A DNA stretch of 64,000 bases from NCBI GenBank assembly GCA_036630325.1, contig CP142726.1:124001-188000 (forward strand), read 5' to 3'. This document shows, one piece after another, positions 57,224 through 64,000 of this stretch. Within the stretch, counting starts at the first letter, position 1; each line of letters starts with the position of its first letter. The notes under the pieces are model-generated. The model was not told where the DNA came from. It did not search any database and was given only the letters and a program-made list of their open reading frames with translations. Origin of the DNA: Vairimorpha necatrix (Eukaryota). Made by a program: the position numbers and the translations under genes.

Positions 57224-60200
57224 TGTATTTATTTATCATAATTGGGGATCAAAAATATAAGAATATATAACATCCCCCCTCTAAGACGGTTAGTCTCCTA
57301 CATCACCATTAACCCTAAGCAGATTTTTCAAGTCATAATGTCTCTTTTTAATATATCGCCCATTAGATAGCTTCACAACATACGAGTCCCCGGGGCATAC
57401 CACCATTATAATACCTTCGTCTAAAAACCTTCCCTTTTCATATTTATTACATACTTTGATGTTTTCTTTCTTAGCTATCCTTACTCGTTGTTCTTCAATA
57501 AACCGCTCTCTATATCTTCTAACGAATCTTTTACTGTAGTCTCCTTCTGGTCCATTTAATATCATCACTTTTCCCGTATTGTCTTTTGCCGCTTCATTAA
57601 GAGTACTTCTTATACCTTCATGGCAACTATTATTATAAATTTTAAAGCTTTCCATCACTATGTCTTCAAAACTCGCCATCTCTTTACTCATTTTCAATAT
57701 TAGCTCTCTAAGCGTTCCTATAACTCTTTCAACTCTACTATTGCTTCTATGAGACTCGACACTCACCTTATTATGGGTAATATCCAATTTTCTACACAAA
57801 TCCTTAAAGTCAACATTATCAAATTCCTTCCCATTATCCGTTATTATTTCCTTCGGCCTCCTGCCATTTCTACATAAGTTCTCAATAAACTGGGCCACAG
57901 AGGATCTCTTCTTATCGTATAATACACATCCCCACGCTATCCTCGTATGGTAATCTATCGCAACTAATACATATTTGCCCTTTATTTCTAAAATCAATCA
58001 AATCTTTCGCTACTTTTTCTAAATACCTGCTTGTAGCAACAAAATCACATCCTCCAGACTTTTTCCTATTGTAAATTAGACACTCCTCGCACCTTTTTAT
58101 CATTTTCCCTATATCTTCTTTTATTCCTGGCCAATAATAATCAAACTTCATGCCATAATACATGCTTCCTAGTCCTCTGTGTCCATGCTCTTCATGATAA
58201 CGTCTCATAAGCTCATCTCTTTCTTTTATTTTAGGAATCAATGCTTTCCTCCCCGAATCAAAATTCCAGTATTCTTTACCGTCTATTGTCTCGACGTGCT
58301 TCAACCATTTACCTTCAATTTGACGCTCACTTCTTTTTTTATCATTTCTTTTCTTGGATCAACCTCCTCGTGTATCCTACTCAAAGCATCCGCCACGACC
58401 ATATGTTCTGGTTTCCTAGAATCTATTTCAAAGTCAAATTCTTGGATCTTCTCAATCCATCGATTAATTCTATTATTATTAAAACACGGCCTTCTTCTTA
58501 TTTCCGCCAATGCTTTGTGATCCGTTTCTACTTTAAATTTTCGTCCTCTTAACTCGTACTCAAATTTCTTTATTGCCCAATATATGGCATACATTTCCTT
58601 TTCACTTATACCATATCTAGTTTCCGTCGGGGTGAATTTCTTCGATGCCCATTGTACTGGCACCCACTCTTCTTTATCATTCTTCTGCATGAGTACTGCG
58701 CCCATTCCTATATTGCTCGCGTCAGTTCTTAATAAAAATTCTTTGTCATAGTTTACAATTTTTAACTTACTCATACTTCTTAACGTTTCCTTCATTTTTT
58801 CGAACTCTTTATTTAAGTCATCAGTCCAATTCAATACTTTACTTTTACCTTTCAAACTTTCAGTCATATATAATGTCTTCTCCGCATAATTCTTAATAAA
58901 TCCTCGAAACCATCCACTCGGTCCTAAAAATCTTCTTATGTCAGACACATTCTGCGGCGTTGGAAACTCTAGTGCTTCGTTTTTCTTGATTTCAGACGGC
59001 ATCATATCATCTCCGTTTAATGTAACTCCCAATAACTTGACTTCCTTTTGGCAATACTGAATTTTCCTTGAATTTATCCGCATATTATTCCGTTCTAACA
59101 ATTTCATCGCTTCTACAAATAATTTATCATGTTCTTTTCTAGTCTTCGCATGAATCACTATATCATCCATGTACACTTCTATTTTACCACCCAAATGTTT
59201 TTCAAAAATCTTATTCATATTCTCTGCATGATCTGAGGCGAGTTTTTAAACCCCATGACCATACTATTCCATTCATATACTATCTTATCATACTCAAATG
59301 CAGTCTTATGCTTGTCTTGCTCTTCTATTTCGATTCCATAAAAAGCCTCCTTAAGGTCTATAACACTGAAAAACTTCGATCCTTGCGTGTTCCTTATGAT
59401 ATCCCTAATGTTCACTAATTCATAAGGGTCTTTCTCCACTAAACCATTTAATGCCATGAGATTGATAACCAGTCTTATACTTCCATCTGGCTTAATTAAA
59501 GCTTTAATCGGATTTCTCCATTCCGACGTCGATCTTCTTATGACATTCCTTGTCTCTAACCTCTGAATCTATTTTCTCAGCTCTTCTTTATGCGCTTGTG
59601 GCACCTGCTGACCTTTCCTTACAACTTTCTTACCTTCTTCAGTTCTGATTCTGAATTTTTCAATTTTACAATATCTTATTTTCTCTTCTTCGTTGTCTAT
59701 AACGTTCCTGAACCTCTTTCTCATGTCTTCTAATGTTAGACCGTTCTTTTCTACCTCATCATAACATCTTTTATTTCTTGTCTTCCATTCTTGTTTCTTT
59801 TGTCTTTTAGCATCCCATGTGTTCCTATAAGTCCTTTCACCACAGCTACTGCTACCTTCTTCTTTAATACTCTCACATTCGTCTTTATTCTTAACATTTC
59901 TATATCTATAATAACACATTTGACTCTTATGTCCCATTCTTGAACAATTATAACATCTCATTGTTCTTCTCTTCTCAAATATTCTTTCCTCTCTACTAAT
60001 ATTTCTAATCTCCTCTGCCACCATCTTTGTGACCTCCTCAATCATCCGTAATCTCATATCCTTTTCCTCCTGTACTTAAACCAATTCCTCTAATTTGGTT
60101 TCCATAACTTTCCAATGATCTCCAATCTTAATATTCTTAACCATAAATTCTTTCAACTCATCAGTTCCAAGATCAAAAATCTCCTTCTTTACATTCTTCT

Positions 60201-60366
60201 TAAAATCATAATCAGACAATACTAATCCATAAACAATCCTCTTAAACTCTTCTTTTAACCTTCTGGCCTCTTGACCACAGCCAACACTTGTTAACTCACG
60301 ATTCGGTATCGCCCCCATGTATTTATTTATCATAATTGGGGATCAAAAATATAAGAATATATAACA
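57224..60366 (-). mobile_element. Ty3/gypsy LTR retrotransposon, 3143 bp, with 49-bp LTRs
   Basis: Identical LTRs 57224-57272 and 60318-60366; TSD TATAA; PBS TGGGGGCG (tRNA-Pro-like); PPT AGAGGGGGGA. Confidence 0.95.
57290..60333 (-). pseudogene. gag-pol (CCHC, RT, RNase H, IN), 2 in-frame stops and 3 frameshifts, no protease seen
   Basis: CYNCSRMGHKSQMC, IDLKEAF, YMDD, TDAS, HEEHGH..CEEC, ITDNGKEF, VERVIGT spread over six ORF pieces. Confidence 0.9.
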
Positions 60367-60597
60367 TATAATTAAAACCCAACACTTTTAGTTTTAATTT
60401 CTAACATGTTATACATAACTATTAACGAAAAAATTTTAAGAAACTGGATAGTAAAACTTTTCTTGTGCGAGCAAACACGAGTAAAGCTTGGTACTTAAAA
60501 TGGAATTGTTCAATTTTCATAGTTTTTCATACAAGTCTTAATCTTATGACAAATCGAGTTTATTCGTTGTTGTAATTTACAGCAATTTATTTATGAT

Positions 60598-61339
60598 TGT
60601 TAAAGATAATTGTAAGTTTTGAGGTTCTTAATAAATATATATTCTCAACATCGCGCTAAATTTCGAACTGAGTGATGTAATATTCTTTACTACTTCCTAC
60701 GCCTACTACTTGGCTCTCAAAATAAAAGTGCATTTTTATGTTAACTGATCATGGCTGCGCTTTACTTTCCTGCGTCTTACTATCCCTGTTAGCCTAGTCT
60801 TCGCGATACTTTCTTTCCCTGTTATAATACATAAAGTCTATGGGCATGTGATTTTTCTTTACACAAGTCTTCCCAACAATGAAATCGAATTTTTTCCGTC
60901 TATCTCATTCTTCGACTATAACACAGTTTCTTTTTGATTTTCTTCTCTTTTTAAATCTCTCTGGATTTTTGAACACTATTGGTTCAACTATCTTGCCACG
61001 ATAGCTTTAATGTAAATAGTGGGATTACCACTGCACTCAATCTCGACAACTCTTAGCTGGATCTTATTACAGCCAATACTGTTTCTCCAAAGCTCTTTAT
61101 AGCTACTTTACGTCTTCACCTATCCGGGTCCCTCGGCTGATGCAAGCCATCACCTTCTCTTTTGTTAGACAACCAACCATCCCCATTCTAACCTAGACTG
61201 CATTTTTTTACGTCTCATGCTTCGACGGAACTTACGACCTCTTCTTTTGTTTTTGTTTAAGTTCAATAATTTTATTCTCCACCATGTTAAAGACAATTGT
61301 AAGTTAGGGGTTAAATTTATTAAATCTATATTCTCAACA
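60598..61339 (-). mobile_element. Short non-autonomous LTR element (TRIM-like), diverged 53/55-bp LTRs
   Basis: TGTTAAAGA.AATTGTAAGTT...ATATTCTCAACA at 60598-60650 and 61285-61339; PBS TGGTGGAGAAT (tRNA-Ala-like); no TSD match. Confidence 0.8.
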
Positions 61340-61483
61340 AATATTGTTAAAAAAATGGTTTAATTATAATTAGAATAATATTAAGTACTTACAATTTTTT
61401 CATTTTCGGAGAGTTGTTTTGTTATATATTTCTAAGAGAAACATTTTCTATCGTATTGTATTATATTAAAGTTTAATCTTTAA

Positions 61484-61555
61484 GCCCTGTTAGCTCAGTG
61501 GTAGAGCATTAGGCTTTTAACCTAAGGGTCGCGGGTTCGAGTCCCGCACAGGGTG
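61484..61555 (+). tRNA. tRNA-Lys(TTT)
   Basis: GCCCTGTTAGCTCAGTGGTAGAGCATTAGGCTTTTAACCTAAGGGTCGCGGGTTCGAGTCCCGCACAGGGTG followed by a T-run terminator. Confidence 0.97.
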
Positions 61556-61799
61556 TTTTTTACATAGTCCCATGACTATAAAATTATAAAAGGTATTTAG
61601 TTAACTTCATTTGCAATTCATAAATAGCAAAAATTTATTTACTTCATTAAATAAATTATTAAAATTTGTAGTAAAAATTACTTGTTTTTTAATTTACTGT
61701 GTATATTAGTGATTTTAAACTAAATATTATTTTAGTGTATAATTTAAGTTTATTTTTAATGTGATAAAAGTCTTTATTGATTTTGGATAAAAAATTTTT

Positions 61800-63250
61800 T
61801 TAGTGCACGTAAAAAGAATATCAATAAATGTGGTAAAAATTTTTTATCATACTGAGAATAGAAAAATTGTTTAAAAACAGATGACTACTACATGTACCAA
61901 CAACTTCATGGTCTGGTAAAATTCTTACTGTTGAGAATAGAAGACATAAGGTGTACTCAATAATAATATTGCAATTTTTAGCTATCTAACATAAAATGCT
62001 TATATTTTTACATAGGTGTTGAAATAAACTATTTTTTTTGAATATACAAGATTTTCGATTACTATTCGCGAAATCTGCATTAGTTTTGAGAACTTTATTC
62101 GATATATTCCACACGAAAATATTAGTTTTGACCATAATAATGCTAATAATTGTTGCTCTAAGTTGTTATGCAAAAATTTTTCTTATAAAGTAATTTTTAA
62201 AAGACGAGAAAAAAGCTTCAAGGGATTTGTATATTCTTTAAATTATTAATAAAGAATAATTTATTTAATTCGATATATTAAAAATTCTAAAACGGCCCGG
62301 TACTAGTTTAAATATAATAGTGATGTAATTTGCTAAATTTCTACTAATGATAAATCGATAATTTATAAAAATCTAGCAAAAAGTATTACTGAAGCGAATC
62401 GTTCGATTATAATATCTAATGTCATTTGATTACAGATTATTTTTAAAGGATGAAAACATCATCAAGTCAATGACGAACAATGTTTGTCAACCTACAGGAT
62501 GGAATAGATTAAAATTAAAATACAACGAATATATTGATTTAATGAAACTTAATATGACTACACCGCATATTAAAACCGAGATTAGATAGTAATATGGTTA
62601 AAGAATTTATCTTATCAATGGCATTTTTGTTTGAAACTTCAAAACATCTTTCAAAGATAAAAATTAGCAGACACATTGATTTTGTAAATCTGAACTATGC
62701 ACAGAGCTCGGATATAATCTTTATAAAAATAACTATAATAAAAAAATTTAAATGGCAATATATTGAAAGTCTACATTTGAAGAAAGTTACAAAGCTCAAA
62801 TATCACTAAAAAGAAAAAATTCTGAAAAAACATTGCCAATATATTCAAAATGTTTTTTAAAGTAACAATTTAAGTTTTTATTGAAAATATAATTGTATGA
62901 TGAATTAAAGAAATTTTGATTGAACATATAAAATTGTGTAAGTCACAATTAAAAAAATTATTATATCTTCTAGAGTGCAATTTCGAGTGTTTAATTGCAA
63001 TTAGTTCTAATATAATAAAAAGAAATAAAATAGTGCTGAATGATATATTGGCATTTTTAAGCGGAATTGATGAACATTTTACAGATAAGTATACACATTT
63101 AATAAATGAATATCATAAATATGGCTTCAATTCTGAGAGGAAGTAAAAAACAGAAATTTGTTGAGGAAATGAAAGAAAATCTAATAAAAAGTTTCAACTG
63201 CATATTTTAAAGATGAAGAATGAGAAAGAATATTGATGAGTATGGTCTTG
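61800..63250 (+). pseudogene. Decayed paralog of the 725-aa gene (limits approximate)
   Basis: 62281-62340 gives KILKRPGTSLNIIVM*FAKF versus RILNSPGTALNIWVIQISKY; KNLAKSITE versus INLATRITS; includes ORF pieces 62594..62809 and 62916..63146. Confidence 0.7.
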
Positions 63251-63335
63251 AATATTAGAGGAAGATATATAAAAAACTGTAGAAATTCCGGCGCAATAAA
63301 GATATATAACATAAAAAGTTTTTATAATAAGTTTT

Positions 63336-64000
63336 TTATTTAGATTTAAGAAGAGATTGAAGTGTTTCTACTTGCACCACCTCCTTTTCTTCAGTTTCTA
63401 TATTTATTAAGATGACACTGTCTTGTTCGAGTTCATTCTCCCCCAAAACTATTAAAAATTTTATATTTTTTTTTTGACAATATTTTTTATGTTCTGCTAC
63501 ATTGGCCCTCTTGGTGTAAAATGTTTCCACCTTGATATTGGCATCCCATAATATATTTTGAATACGTAATCTCTCTTCCAAAAAAATTTTACCAGAAGAA
63601 CTAATAAAAACATCCACTGAAGAATTGACGTTTCTATTTTTTATTAAATAAAATATTCTGGTTAGTCCTATGGAAAATCCTGCACATGGAACCTTGCTTT
63701 GTTTTGTGCCTATTAAGTTGTCGTATCGGCCTCCACCAGCAACAGAACCCATATCATGGCCAATATATCTTCCTTCTAAGATCATGCCCGTGTAATAATC
63801 AAGACCTCTAGCTAAACTTAAATCAATTAAGAGATTTTCTTCACAATTCATTATTTTACAATATCTTAGCAAAATAGATAATTCATCAATGGCTTCTTTG
63901 CAAATTTCATATACTTTACTAGACGCTAAAAAATCCAAGATATCTTCTTTACCAGACTTTTTTATGTATAGATTTAGGTTATTTATTTGTTCATCGTTAA
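63336..64000 (-). CDS. HTS1: Histidyl-tRNA synthetase, C-terminal part (runs off the window)
   Basis: SLARGLDYYTG, AGGGRYDNL, GFSIGLTRI and an anticodon-binding domain; frame open to the window edge. Confidence 0.95.
   Translation of the reverse strand, partial: NDEQINNLNLYIKKSGKEDILDFLASSKVYEICKEAIDELSILLRYCKIMNCEENLLIDLSLARGLDYYTGMILEGRYIGHDMGSVAGGGRYDNLIGTKQSKVPCAGFSIGLTRIFYLIKNRNVNSSVDVFISSSGKIFLEERLRIQNILWDANIKVETFYTKRANVAEHKKYCQKKNIKFLIVLGENELEQDSVILINIETEEKEVVQVETLQSLLKSK

Noticed and set aside
1-64000. CRISPR arrays, rRNA genes, spliceosomal introns
   Set aside because: No regularly spaced repeats, no rRNA signature, and no intron needed to explain the genes

Overview
AT-rich, intron-poor eukaryotic DNA, most likely a large-genome microsporidian: most ATGs are preceded by the CCC/GGG motif, and proteins are short and divergent. 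Housekeeping content: tRNA-Cys, tRNA-Lys, a minimal tRNA-splicing endonuclease subunit, an Rrp5-like protein, the 3' part of HisRS and an Argonaute with a complete DEDH tetrad. Lineage-specific families: two small secreted peptides, three multi-TM proteins, a Cys-rich type I membrane family, and a 725-aa protein with two pseudogene paralogs. Mobile DNA is dense: an intact Helitron, two very compact Ty3/gypsy elements with identical 103-bp and 49-bp LTRs, a TRIM-like remnant, solo LTRs, a decayed gypsy, nested Merlin and MITE elements, and an RLE-LINE tail. The two most unusual observations are (1) a ~775-bp tRNA-headed, GC-rich, apparently structured non-coding element present twice, once inserted in a dead gypsy and once abutting a LINE endonuclease tail, and (2) micro-LTR retrotransposons whose gag ATG and host CCC motif lie inside the LTR so the PBS is translated, one with no visible protease. 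All alignments were done by eye.
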